From contig CAYXNX010000006.1 of assembly GCA_964467035.1 (NCBI GenBank), positions 1 through 48,784 of the forward strand: a DNA stretch of 48,784 nucleotides, read 5' to 3'. Positions 17,670 through 27,885 of this stretch are shown here, one piece after another. The translations under genes and the position numbers were made by a program. The number at the start of each line of letters is the position of its first letter. Position 1 is the stretch's first letter. This stretch comes from Candidatus Woesearchaeota archaeon. GTDB taxonomy: Archaea; Nanobdellota; Nanobdellia; Pacearchaeales; GW2011-AR1. The notes below the pieces were generated by a model. It had not been told where the DNA came from, made no database searches, and saw nothing but the letters and a program-made list of their open reading frames with translations.

Positions 17670-18267
17670 CTTCTTCTTTTTTGACTTTCTTTTATGAGGA
17701 AGTTTTGGATGATTTCTTATCCCTGCTTTTTTCATAACTTCTTTAAAATCTTTTTCCAGATTTTCGAACTTCCCGACAAAATCTAGATTAAATCCTTCTA
17801 TAAAATAATATTGGGGTTTAAAATGCCTATCTAGTTTATGAGCTGGAATCTTGTAAATCGCCTTAACAAAAATCCTTAAATGACATATTTTCAAACAACT
17901 CTTTTGGATGGTTTGCCATTACACTCGATTCTGCTGGATAAGGTATTTTATCTTTATAAGCAGAAACAATTCTATCATAAGGATTTCTTACAAAAGTGAA
18001 TTTAAAATAATTTTCGCTATTTTTTAGTTTTTTAACCCTGATTCTTCTGAAACTGCTTTTAGACAGAAGCACTTCCTTTATTGAACTTGAAGCACATTTG
18101 TTTATCAGAAAATAAATAGTTCTGTATTTTTCTGAAACCCATGCAGCATGACTCTGGTCAATTCTATTTAGCCACTTTAAGAATAATATGGGTCTTCTTA
18201 GAAATGTTTTTCTCTCGAGATTTTTTAAGGTATCCTTTGTTCTTTTGTTTATTTTTTTTATTATCAT
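17565..18267 (-). pseudogene. Sulfotransferase family 2, split by a +1 frameshift
   Basis: INKCASSS and FTFVRNPYDRIVSAY in the first ORF; HFKPQ, FVGKFENL and DFELFGY in the second; one extra base in the A5 run at 17868-17872. Confidence 0.85.
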
Positions 18268-18402
18268 TTGGAAGCGATTTTTTAATTTGAGTTAAATTTT
18301 GTTTTCATTACATTTTTTAATTATCTTAAATAAATCAAACTCTTTTTTAATATTTATGTTTGTCTTCAAAATCTTTATAAACAATTTCAATTTTCCAGAA
18401 AC

Positions 18403-19173
18403 ATGAAGAAAAATGTTTTATTTATTTGGATTCCTAAAGCAGCAGGAACAAGCATTAGAAAGGCTTTAGATAAATATGGTTGTCCTACATTAACACATCC
18501 CAAATCAATGTATCATGATTCTTATTTAAGTTTCAATAACAAGGGTTTTGTAACATTCGGACATGTAAATATATCTTATTTATTAAAAAAAGGAATTGTA
18601 AACAGGGAGTATTTTGATGGGGCATTTAAGTTTTGTTTTGTAAGAAATCCCTGGGATAGACTAGTTTCATTATACCATTACAGAGATTATGATAAAAACA
18701 AAGGCAAAAAAAGATTAAAAAAGATGTCTTTTGAAGAATTTGTAAAACTTGTTTATAAGAAATATAAAAAGAGAAATTCTTTTTTTGCAAAATTAATTAA
18801 TCCTCTTTATGGTTATCCGCGGGTTTTTAAGTATCTTGATAATTTTTTAACTTTATTAAGATTAGATTTTTTAATGCCTCTTCCACCAGTGGGACATTAT
18901 AGTGTTAGAGGACTTAGCCAGGCAAATTCCCAAACAGATTGGGTTTTTGATGAAAATGGAAATAAACTCCCAGATTTTATAGGAAGATTTGAAAATTTAG
19001 AAGAAGATTGGAAAAAGATTTGTAAAAAAATAGGAATAGATTATGTTCCCCTATCTAAAAATAATATAAGTAAAAAAAGAAAAAACTATAGGGATTATTA
19101 TTCAGAAAAAACAAAAAAGATAGTAGAAGAAATGTATAAAGAAGACATAAAACAATTTGGTTATAGGTTCTAG
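18403..19173 (+). CDS. Sulfotransferase family 2
   Basis: FIWIPKAAGTS, FVRNPWDRLVSLY, FIGRFENL and DIKQFGYRF motifs. Confidence 0.92.
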   Translation: MKKNVLFIWIPKAAGTSIRKALDKYGCPTLTHPKSMYHDSYLSFNNKGFVTFGHVNISYLLKKGIVNREYFDGAFKFCFVRNPWDRLVSLYHYRDYDKNKGKKRLKKMSFEEFVKLVYKKYKKRNSFFAKLINPLYGYPRVFKYLDNFLTLLRLDFLMPLPPVGHYSVRGLSQANSQTDWVFDENGNKLPDFIGRFENLEEDWKKICKKIGIDYVPLSKNNISKKRKNYRDYYSEKTKKIVEEMYKEDIKQFGYRF

Positions 19174-19192
19174 TCTATTTTAATTTCCCATC

Positions 19193-20104
19193 CTAAAAAG
19201 GAACATTCAATCTTTTTAATATTTTCTCCACATAGATTCTGGTTTTTGTTTTGTATGTAATCCAACGGAAAAGTTTCCATAAATTGTCTTTTATAGAGAA
19301 TGTTTTTTTATAAGGAAGATTCAGGCCGGCTATTTTATTGTAATACAAATAATGCTTTTTATCAGGAAAAACATATTTGTAGTGCCAGGGCTTAATCTTG
19401 CCGGTGTAGTGAATTAAACTTGGATTTTTTATAAGTTCTTTATATTTATTTTTCAGAATTCTCATTCCTTTTGCAGTGTCGTCCCAAATCCATTTTTGCC
19501 TATTCCACCTCAAATCCAAGAACTTTTTATCATTTTTTGTTACTATATTCATTGTATCTTGATTTTCACAAGAGAGTTTATCATGGTTTTTTTCTAAATA
19601 TTCTATACATCTTCTTCCATAGTTGTTTTCTTTCCACTTAGGAACATCAATGAGAAGCACTCCTGCATTAAAATAATTGTTTTCTTCTCTTAACCCCATA
19701 ATATAATCTTTCACCCCCCCAATTGTTTTTCCTTCGAGGTTTTTATCAAATAGTTTTTTTATATCATCCAAAACAACAATATCTGGGTCTAAATATATTA
19801 TTTTTTTTATGTCCATATTTTCTAAGATAGCAGTTCTATAGTGGGTAACTTCAGAGATGTGTTTTCTATGATTATATTTCAAAAAGTCAACTTCTGGTTT
19901 CTTAATGAAATTTATTTTTGCCCCATATTTTTTTATATGTTCTTTTAAGTTTTCTTTTTGTTTTTTATCCAAGTCCTTTTCTCCTAGATAAAATATTACA
20001 TCTTTTTCATAGGATGTATTTTCCAATATAGATATTATCAAAACCTTATATTGGTTAAAATAATTTTTGTCAATAGTAGAAAGTATATTTATTTTATTTG
20101 ACAT
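19193..20104 (-). CDS. Glycosyltransferase family 8
   Basis: YLDPD, YFNAGVLLID, NQDTMN and IHYTGKIKPW motifs. Confidence 0.92.
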   Translation of the reverse strand: MSNKINILSTIDKNYFNQYKVLIISILENTSYEKDVIFYLGEKDLDKKQKENLKEHIKKYGAKINFIKKPEVDFLKYNHRKHISEVTHYRTAILENMDIKKIIYLDPDIVVLDDIKKLFDKNLEGKTIGGVKDYIMGLREENNYFNAGVLLIDVPKWKENNYGRRCIEYLEKNHDKLSCENQDTMNIVTKNDKKFLDLRWNRQKWIWDDTAKGMRILKNKYKELIKNPSLIHYTGKIKPWHYKYVFPDKKHYLYYNKIAGLNLPYKKTFSIKDNLWKLFRWITYKTKTRIYVEKILKRLNVPF

Positions 20105-20105
20105 C

Positions 20106-22826
20106 TTACTCCCTAAATTCTAATTCATCCAACATTCCGAATTCCCAATCATCTCTTTTGGATGATGTATATGTGAATTCTTTATGAGCAATTATCTCTT
20201 CGGGAATATCCTTCGCTTCCCAGACTTTAATAGGTCCTAAAAACTGTCCTCCAAATTGTGCAAAATCACCCAAATTCATTCCCTGAGATTCTAAGTTTTT
20301 CAAAATTGTGTTTGGTTCTTTATGTGCTATTTTAAGATTTTGTTCTTCTCCAAACAAATAATTCCTAACCACAAAGGAGTTAATTGTTCTAGGGCTTAAA
20401 TAAAATCCTGCACCCTTTTCAGCCATTGATAATCCCTTATTGCTATTCTCCAAATAATCCATTAAAAACACTCCTGCCTCCAATCCCTCTTCAAACTCCC
20501 TTAAACTATCAACATAAAGATATTTCAAAGGCACATTAAACTTTTGCTCATTTTTGACAAATACTGCTATTGGTTGTTGAAACTCTCCTTGTTTTTTTTC
20601 TACTCTAATTGACAAAATTCCTGAATTTTCTTTTGCAAACCTATATTTTGTTTCATTATTTTCCCAAACAATGTCTTCGTCAAGTTGGACACCAAGATTA
20701 TAGGTGTATATAGCTCCTTCATTTGTTTCTTCAGTAAGTTTTTCTTCTCTTTTCATTGTAGGAATATAGCTCAGTCTATCTTTCATTTCTTTCCCACTTC
20801 CGATTCTTGAATAAGCACTATACTTTCCAATATCTGAAGAATCAATTAATAAATGGGTCGAATTTGTTGATTTTATAAAACTTAAAGCTGAATCAGGATT
20901 TTGGGTTGTCAAAACATATCTCCCAATTAAATGAACTCTGTAGGGTGGATGGAATCCACCATCCACAATTGTGGCTCTTTTCCCAAGAGTTTGAAGCCAA
21001 TAACCATAATCCCACCAATGTAAAAATACAGAACTTTCATCAGTATTTTCTCTCACCCATTTCATTGCCTCCTGCCACTGATCATTAGCTGAAGGGCCTG
21101 TATTGCTTGCTTGCATCATTGAACTTTGATAAAATTCCAAACCAGAAATTATTAAACCAAAAATTACAGCAATTAAAGCAATCCACATAAAAATTTTAAC
21201 TAATTCATCTTTATTTTTTCTCGCAATATTATATAATTTAACAGGAACAATACTCCCAACAAAGCATACCACTGGAGTAATAACAAAAAACAATCTTACT
21301 GCTCCTCTTGCAGCAATCAACATAAAAATTAGCCAAGAAAAAGTTATTATCCATCCTGTTTCAATATAAAATGAGTCTGATTTTTCTTTACTATACAACC
21401 AAACAGAATATCCTAAAAAAAGGATAACTGGAGCAAAATAAACAAACTTCTTCATAATCTCAGATCCACTAAATAGTGTATGGGACGAGAAAATAATTCC
21501 TAAAAACATTAAAACTGACAACCCAAAAAAAGCATTTCTTCTTTTTTTAATTCCCGATATTTTTTTTGAAATTTCATTACAAACAAAAATTATACCTAAA
21601 ACAAACAACCAAAAAAACTCCTCACCTGTTTGGTTCATCCAATTACTTAATGAAGGAGACCTGTTTTCTGCAACAGTTTCACCAACTCTTCCTGTTCCAA
21701 AAGGATCAAGTATTTTTTCAAACACCTGCCCAATAATTGATAATTCTCCCATAACAGTAAGCAATATCAAGCCCAAAATAAACAAAATAGCAAAACTTGT
21801 TAAAATTTCATATTTTTCCTGAATTTTTAACATTTTTCTTTTACGCAGATAAATCATTAAATAATCAATTATAAGAAAACCTAAAACAACCACACTTATC
21901 AATCCAGTAGAGCTTAACATATATTTGCTTATTGTCGTAGATATTATGCGTCCTGAAATTAAAGGAGTGAAAACAAGTGATGAAGATATAATCAAAGCAT
22001 AAAATAAAGGAATAACTCCCAATATTTTCAAACTGTTTGTTGATTTTCTTTTAACAAACCAAAATATTAATACAGCAAGAGGAACAACCATAAAAGAAAA
22101 CCTTGCCAACCCTCCCCATGTAGCAATTGTTAAAGCCATTAAAAAACCGACTAAAACACCCCCCAAACATTTTTTTGTTAATTCCTCCTTATTTATTTTA
22201 CCAGAATTTTTATCAAGATATTTTAGTGAAACAGCAAAACCTAAAAGCAACAAAAAAAACGCAGACATACCAATTGATTCATGGTCTGCAAAACCAGCCA
22301 TAGTTCTATATAAATACATTGGAGTAATAGTAAGAAATAAAGATGCAATCAAACCAATAGTTCGCGATTTTGTTAGTTTACTTACCAACAAAAAATAAAC
22401 AAATATTCCCAATACAAAAAATATAACTGGGTTAATTATATGTGCATAATTTAATGTAAATCCTTCATAAAAAACATCCCCTATTTTCTGAATCATAATT
22501 GAACTATGGGGGAGTATTTCTGGAGTCCAGCCTTTACACTCTTGATCATAAACAACCCTGAGAGAATCGCATTCAGGCATTTTTCCTGGCTGATCCATTG
22601 TTTCTGCAACCCTTAAAAAATAATAAGGGTCCAATGCTAAAGGAATTTTTTCCCCAGTTGTTTGGTCTTTTAATAAATCTAGGTTTTGAATTCTAATAAA
22701 AACACCCAACAATATAATTAAAAGAATTCCTATAACTACAAAAATTTTTTGCGCTTTTTTTGTTTTTAAAAACTCTGTGGTTTTCCCAAACCCATACTTT
22801 ATTCCATCATACAAATCACTTCTCAT
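20106..22826 (-). CDS. aglB: Oligosaccharyltransferase AglB (STT3)
   Basis: DPYYFLR, RTMAGFADHE, TVAEN, WWDYG and DGG motifs; many N-terminal TM segments. Confidence 0.96.
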   Translation of the reverse strand: MRSDLYDGIKYGFGKTTEFLKTKKAQKIFVVIGILLIILLGVFIRIQNLDLLKDQTTGEKIPLALDPYYFLRVAETMDQPGKMPECDSLRVVYDQECKGWTPEILPHSSIMIQKIGDVFYEGFTLNYAHIINPVIFFVLGIFVYFLLVSKLTKSRTIGLIASLFLTITPMYLYRTMAGFADHESIGMSAFFLLLLGFAVSLKYLDKNSGKINKEELTKKCLGGVLVGFLMALTIATWGGLARFSFMVVPLAVLIFWFVKRKSTNSLKILGVIPLFYALIISSSLVFTPLISGRIISTTISKYMLSSTGLISVVVLGFLIIDYLMIYLRKRKMLKIQEKYEILTSFAILFILGLILLTVMGELSIIGQVFEKILDPFGTGRVGETVAENRSPSLSNWMNQTGEEFFWLFVLGIIFVCNEISKKISGIKKRRNAFFGLSVLMFLGIIFSSHTLFSGSEIMKKFVYFAPVILFLGYSVWLYSKEKSDSFYIETGWIITFSWLIFMLIAARGAVRLFFVITPVVCFVGSIVPVKLYNIARKNKDELVKIFMWIALIAVIFGLIISGLEFYQSSMMQASNTGPSANDQWQEAMKWVRENTDESSVFLHWWDYGYWLQTLGKRATIVDGGFHPPYRVHLIGRYVLTTQNPDSALSFIKSTNSTHLLIDSSDIGKYSAYSRIGSGKEMKDRLSYIPTMKREEKLTEETNEGAIYTYNLGVQLDEDIVWENNETKYRFAKENSGILSIRVEKKQGEFQQPIAVFVKNEQKFNVPLKYLYVDSLREFEEGLEAGVFLMDYLENSNKGLSMAEKGAGFYLSPRTINSFVVRNYLFGEEQNLKIAHKEPNTILKNLESQGMNLGDFAQFGGQFLGPIKVWEAKDIPEEIIAHKEFTYTSSKRDDWEFGMLDELEFRE

Positions 22827-22875
22827 ACTAAAATTAATTATTGTCTTTATTTAAAAGTTTAGTTATACTATTTAA

Positions 22876-23601
22876 TTATAATTCAATAATTCCCAATCCA
22901 TAAAAACTACCAATTAGGCTTCTCCAAACCTTTTTTTTAGAGTATTTAAAATCTGTAACCAATCTGTAAAACCATTCCAAACCTATTCTTTGAATTATTT
23001 TTGGTGCTTCTTTTTTACTTCCTAATACAAAATCAATTCCTGCCCCAACATTAAAAATACATTCTGCTTTAGTTTTATCAGCCAAATCATTGCTTAAAAT
23101 GTTCTGTTTTGGACACCCAATACCTACCCAAATGTAATGTGGTTTGAATTTATTAATTTCTCCAACAATTTTTTCAACTTCCTTTTCTGAAAAAACATTT
23201 TCTTTTATGTAAGGAGGATTATATGAAGAAATACTTTTTTGCCCCAAACAATACTTTTTAGCCAATTTTTTAATTTCTTTCTTTTCTTTTCCTATAAAAA
23301 AATGTTTTTTCTCTTTTGATAATTCTCTATCAGATAAAAATTCCTGTGTAAAACTCGGTCCTCTTATTCTATTTACTATTTTAAAATTCTTTATTGAAAC
23401 TAATAAAGAAATAATAAATCCATCAATGAAATTTATGTTTCTATCCTTTTCAAGACTTTTTCTAAATTCAGGTATTTTCTTAAAATTATACAAATCATGA
23501 GAATTAATAAAATTAAAAATTGTTGTTTTATTTCCCAGACCTTTTTTTATTTTTTCCTTAAGACTTGGAAAACTTTCGTGCTGAAATTTTATTTTATCCA
23601 T
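22876..23601 (-). CDS. WecB/TagA/CpsF glycosyltransferase (GT26)
   Basis: FIDG, RIRGP, WVGIGCPKQ, VGAGIDF and GLEWFYRL motifs; probable start ATG 23601. Confidence 0.9.
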   Translation of the reverse strand: MDKIKFQHESFPSLKEKIKKGLGNKTTIFNFINSHDLYNFKKIPEFRKSLEKDRNINFIDGFIISLLVSIKNFKIVNRIRGPSFTQEFLSDRELSKEKKHFFIGKEKKEIKKLAKKYCLGQKSISSYNPPYIKENVFSEKEVEKIVGEINKFKPHYIWVGIGCPKQNILSNDLADKTKAECIFNVGAGIDFVLGSKKEAPKIIQRIGLEWFYRLVTDFKYSKKKVWRSLIGSFYGLGIIEL

Positions 23602-23602
23602 T

Positions 23603-23863
23603 TTATAAACCAAAATTCTCAATAAACCTTAAAATATTTTTATACTCTTGTAAATATTCATATCCTTTTCTTTTTAAAACAAAACATTTGTTATTTTTTT
23701 CTTTTTCAATAAAACCTTTTTCAATTAATTCGTTAAGATACTCTTTGAATTTTTGGGGAGATAGGTTTGATTTATGTAAAAGTTTTGTAATTTTTGCTTT
23801 TCTTTGTTGTTTTATGGCTTCTAAAATATCTTTTATAATTTCAAGCCTGTTTCTTCTTGTCAT
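23603..23863 (-). CDS. Archaeal winged-helix transcriptional regulator (HTH_45-like)
   Basis: RRNRLEIIKDIL, SNLS, YLNEL and KGYEYL pattern. Confidence 0.85.
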   Translation of the reverse strand: MTRRNRLEIIKDILEAIKQQRKAKITKLLHKSNLSPQKFKEYLNELIEKGFIEKEKNNKCFVLKRKGYEYLQEYKNILRFIENFGL

Positions 23864-24540
23864 TTTATCTTTTTTTTATTTTCAGTTAATTTTATTACAG
23901 TATAAAAGAATAATGAGAAAAACACTATGTTTAAGCCATAAACAATAATCTCAACTAAACTATTCCAGTTCCAGAAAAAATACAATAAAGTATTCAAAAT
24001 CCAAATAATTAACCCAATAGTTATTGTAAGAAAGTATAATCTTGCAAAATTATCTTTTTTCTGATTCACATATATCACAACACCCATAAATAAAAACAAT
24101 AAAACCTGGAAAATACACATAATTCCTCCTCCATTAAATATAGAACTAGCAATTGTTATTATTAATGCAACAGAGTAAAGAACAAACATATTTAGATTAA
24201 AAAAAGAATGGTAATGCTTGCTTTTTTCAACCCTTTTCCATATTAAACTATAAAATAACAATAAACCCGCAACTATTATAAAAAATTCAAATAATATCTT
24301 GATAGCCGAAGAATAATATGGTGGAAAACCTTCTCCCCCACCTAGGCCTAAAATGTATCTTGTTAAAAATGCTATTCCAAAAAAGAAAAAAGAGTTTCTA
24401 AAATATCTCAGACCCTGATAGTCACTTATCTTAAACAACCTGTCTGTTTTTAATACAATAATACTGCAAACAAAGACAACAATCAATGCATAGATTATCT
24501 TTAAAATTTCTTTGTTCCCCAATATCCAGTCATAGACCAT
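23860..24540 (-). CDS. Polytopic membrane protein (6-7 TM), function unknown
   Basis: Hydrophobic segments and a GLRYFRNSFFFFG motif; stop overlaps the wHTH start. Confidence 0.75.
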   Translation of the reverse strand: MVYDWILGNKEILKIIYALIVVFVCSIIVLKTDRLFKISDYQGLRYFRNSFFFFGIAFLTRYILGLGGGEGFPPYYSSAIKILFEFFIIVAGLLLFYSLIWKRVEKSKHYHSFFNLNMFVLYSVALIITIASSIFNGGGIMCIFQVLLFLFMGVVIYVNQKKDNFARLYFLTITIGLIIWILNTLLYFFWNWNSLVEIIVYGLNIVFFSLFFYTVIKLTENKKKIK

Positions 24541-24637
24541 AGAAAACAGAGATTTTATTATTATTTAAATCTAATTAAATCCCAAATATGTATTTTAGAT
24601 ACATAACTCTTTTAAAAACCAATACTATTGGTTTAGT

Positions 24638-25627
24638 ATGGAAACAAAAAAGCAAAAAAAAGCTCTTGTATGTGGGGCAGGAGGATTTATTGGAAGTCAC
24701 TTGATTAAAAGATTAAAGAAAGAAGGTTATTGGGTAAGGGGTGTTGATTTAAAACAACCAAGATATTCTAAAACCGAAGCAGATGATTTTGCTATTGGAG
24801 ACTTAAGAGATTTAGATTTTGTTAAGAGGGTTATTGATAGAGGTTTCGATGAAGTATATCAACTCGCAGCAGATATGGGTGGGGCAGGTTTTGTTTTTAC
24901 AGGAGAAAATGATGCAGAGATAATGCATAATTCAGCTTTAATTAATTTAAATGTCTTGGATGAATCATATAAAAGAAATGTTAAAAAAATATTTTATTCC
25001 TCTTCAGCTTGCGTTTACCCAGAATATGCACAAGAAGACCCTAATGTAGAAGGACTAAAAGAATCTTCTGCTTATCCAGCAGCACCAGATTCGGAATATG
25101 GTTGGGAAAAGTTATTCAGTGAAAGATTATATCTTGCTTATAAAAGAAATAAAGGAATGGATGTAAAAATTGCAAGATTTCATAATGTTTTTGGACCAGA
25201 AGGAAGCTGGAATGACGGAAGAGAAAAAGCTCCTGCTGCAATGTGTAGAAAAGTAGCTATAGCTTCTGAAGGAGGGGAAATTGAAATTTGGGGTGATGGG
25301 GAACAAACTCGTTCATTTTTATATGTTGATGAATGTTTAGAAGGAATAAGAAAGCTAATGGATTCTGATTTTTCAGGACCAGTAAATATTGGTTCCGACG
25401 AGAAAATTTCAATTAATAGACTAGTAAAAATGGTTTCAGAGATTGCTGGGAAAGAAATAAATATAAAACATATAGATGGGCCTTTGGGTGTAAGGGGAAG
25501 GAATTCAGAAAATACATTAATAAAAGAAAAGATTGGCTGGAAGCCCGACTATCCTTTAAGAAAAGGTATAGAAAAAACTTACGGCTGGATTAAAAAACAA
25601 ATAGAAAACCAAAATCAAGACAATTAA
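24638..25627 (+). CDS. NAD-dependent epimerase, GDP-mannose 3,5-epimerase-like
   Basis: GAGGFIG, LAADMGGAGF, SSACVYP, YGWEK, REKAPAAMCRK and GVRGRNS motifs. Confidence 0.9.
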   Translation: METKKQKKALVCGAGGFIGSHLIKRLKKEGYWVRGVDLKQPRYSKTEADDFAIGDLRDLDFVKRVIDRGFDEVYQLAADMGGAGFVFTGENDAEIMHNSALINLNVLDESYKRNVKKIFYSSSACVYPEYAQEDPNVEGLKESSAYPAAPDSEYGWEKLFSERLYLAYKRNKGMDVKIARFHNVFGPEGSWNDGREKAPAAMCRKVAIASEGGEIEIWGDGEQTRSFLYVDECLEGIRKLMDSDFSGPVNIGSDEKISINRLVKMVSEIAGKEINIKHIDGPLGVRGRNSENTLIKEKIGWKPDYPLRKGIEKTYGWIKKQIENQNQDN

Positions 25628-25630
25628 TTT

Positions 25631-26632
25631 TTATAACATCAAAAAACCTATTGCAATAAATACTAATTGTATTCCATATATAAACCATACAACATCATTC
25701 TCATAAACTTTCCCCTTAAATTTCTTCAAAAACCAAATTGAAAAATGTGTTAATCCATATATTTTATCATATTTCAACTCTAAACTCCCATCAGGATTTG
25801 GTTGTCCAAATGAATGTTTTTTTAACTTTCCTCTAAGTTTTAAACCTGTTTCAATTATGTAGGGTATAAAAACAATTAACGCTATTTTCTCAAAATTACC
25901 CAAAATTGCCATTCCTGCTATTAATGCTCCAATCCCCCAAGTTAATGAATCTCCTGGAAAAACTCTTGCAGGATTTTTATTGTAAAAATAAAAACCCAAT
26001 AATGCTGCAACCATTATTAATCCAATCAGTCCCAGCCAAGATGTGCCGGTTGAATAAGCTACAAAAGATAAAAAACTTAAAATTAAAATTCCTTGTCCTG
26101 TTTCTAACCCATTAAATCCTGCTAAAAAATTGTAAGTTGTTGTAGCACCAGCCACACCGATAGGTATAGCCAATAATGGGTAAATCAAACCCAGATTTAC
26201 ATTCCCAAAGAAGGGGATGCCCATTGAAGCATTCCCTGCATTTATTACTACTAACGGAGTTGCTGCTACAAAAGAAATGATTAATCTTACTTTTGTTGAA
26301 AGACCTCCATTTTTCCACCCCAAAAAATCATCAACCACTCCTACCAAAGCCAAAATCAAAATCACACATAATAATGCAAAAATCTTAAGTGAAACCTCAC
26401 TCTCAGAATGAAAAACAAATGTCCTAATAGCAATATAATATAAAACCCCTGCTACAAACCCCATAATTACAACAAACCCTCCAGAAGAAGCCACGTTTTT
26501 TGGATTATCTGGTTTATTCATATCTTCCCATAAATACCCCTCCTTCCACATTTTTTTAATCCATTCTTTGGTGAATAAAAAACTACACAAAAAACTAATT
26601 ATGAATGCTCCAAATAAAATGTTAATTTCCAT
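25631..26632 (-). CDS. aglH: UDP-GlcNAc:dolichol-phosphate GlcNAc-1-P transferase (AglH/DPAGT1 family)
   Basis: DMNK, GVVDD, NFLAGFNGLE and PARVFPGD motifs. Confidence 0.88.
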   Translation of the reverse strand: MEINILFGAFIISFLCSFLFTKEWIKKMWKEGYLWEDMNKPDNPKNVASSGGFVVIMGFVAGVLYYIAIRTFVFHSESEVSLKIFALLCVILILALVGVVDDFLGWKNGGLSTKVRLIISFVAATPLVVINAGNASMGIPFFGNVNLGLIYPLLAIPIGVAGATTTYNFLAGFNGLETGQGILILSFLSFVAYSTGTSWLGLIGLIMVAALLGFYFYNKNPARVFPGDSLTWGIGALIAGMAILGNFEKIALIVFIPYIIETGLKLRGKLKKHSFGQPNPDGSLELKYDKIYGLTHFSIWFLKKFKGKVYENDVVWFIYGIQLVFIAIGFLML

Positions 26633-26751
26633 AAGATATAATTGTTTTCTATTATTTTAAATTTTGCTTATTTTCAAATTTTTATTAAACCCAGTTAAAT
26701 AATTTTTTCTTTCTTAATTTTTCAATCAATGTTTTATCTAGATTTTTCTTC

Positions 26752-26886
26752 TTATTCTATTTCGTTAAGTAAATCTTCTGCACTTTTTTCTTGAGACAAG
26801 CTATTTTCTGACCCACAATGCGGGCAAACACTTGGTTCTCTCACCGCCTCAAAAAAATAATTGCACTTATCGCATCTTAATTTCAT
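26752..26886 (-). CDS. 44-aa zinc-ribbon microprotein (absent from ORF track)
   Basis: MKLRCDKCNYFFEAVREPSVCPHCGSENSLSQEKSAEDLLNEIE; AGGTGA Shine-Dalgarno upstream. Confidence 0.8.
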   Translation of the reverse strand: MKLRCDKCNYFFEAVREPSVCPHCGSENSLSQEKSAEDLLNEIE

Positions 26887-26896
26887 TTTTTCACCT

Positions 26897-27748
26897 TTAT
26901 TTAAACATCATAGGAGTTACATACACCTCAATTAAACCAGCAATAACAAGCAAAATAATGCCTGCAATAATTAAAAGCAGTGTATCGTGCATAATATCCC
27001 AGAATTTTTCTTTTTTAAATTCTTTTCGCACAATTGCTAATCCTATAATTCCGCCTGCCAAAGTCCCTATAAAATAGGAAGCTATTTCTGGCAAACCATG
27101 TATCATATATCTTGCTAAACTTAGAGGCAAACCCCAAATGTCTTTTTTTGCAAAAATTACCATAGCCCCCGAGATAACACTTGCATTCCACGCTAAAATA
27201 AAAATCCCTCCTGCTCCAAAAATTATTGAAAAAACAACAGTAAATATCATAACATACAAATTATTTGCAAAAATTCCCCAAAACATATCTCTCTTTGAAA
27301 AACCCCCTGTTACCTTCCCTGTAATAACTCCATGTTCTCTTGCACAAGAATCATAGTTTGTTGGATTATTGATTGAACAATATGTTTCAATTTGTGCCTG
27401 GTAGTTGTCTACACTTCCCAAAGCAATATAAAATATAGAAAAAGCAATAATAAATCCTAAAAATAACCAAAGAAGTGCATAAATTGTTTTTCCATGAGAT
27501 TTCCAAAGGTTAAACTCTTCCTCTTCTTCCTCTTCCTCCTTCATTTTAATCATATAATAAATATAAGGCATAGAAAACATAACTGTAAATGTAACAATCA
27601 AAATTCCAGAATATTGCGATAAAACAACATCTCCTGAAAAAATCCAGCTAACTAAAATCACAGATAAACCTGCATAGATAAAACCTACAAAAAATAATTC
27701 CCAAGGTCTTTTTTCCGACCTCTTTGGATTTAGCAACATTTCTAACAT
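26897..27748 (-). CDS. SpoIIM/DUF95-family membrane protein
   Basis: IFANN, ILAWNASVI, HGLPEI and AGLIEVYVTP motifs. Confidence 0.85.
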   Translation of the reverse strand: MLEMLLNPKRSEKRPWELFFVGFIYAGLSVILVSWIFSGDVVLSQYSGILIVTFTVMFSMPYIYYMIKMKEEEEEEEEFNLWKSHGKTIYALLWLFLGFIIAFSIFYIALGSVDNYQAQIETYCSINNPTNYDSCAREHGVITGKVTGGFSKRDMFWGIFANNLYVMIFTVVFSIIFGAGGIFILAWNASVISGAMVIFAKKDIWGLPLSLARYMIHGLPEIASYFIGTLAGGIIGLAIVRKEFKKEKFWDIMHDTLLLIIAGIILLVIAGLIEVYVTPMMFK

Positions 27749-27885
27749 TTTATTTTTAAGAAATTAAAGTTTTAAAATGTATTGAAAAATTTCAATATCC
27801 TTTTGTAATATTTATACCAAATAATCAATACCAAAAAGAAAAACCTTTTTATACACCTAAACCCTATCTAAAATAAAAGAGGTTT

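Noticed and set aside
9121-18267. Stop-codon recoding or alternative genetic code as an explanation for broken genes
   Set aside because: The breaks are frameshifts and truncations rather than in-frame stops, and core genes read normally with the standard code
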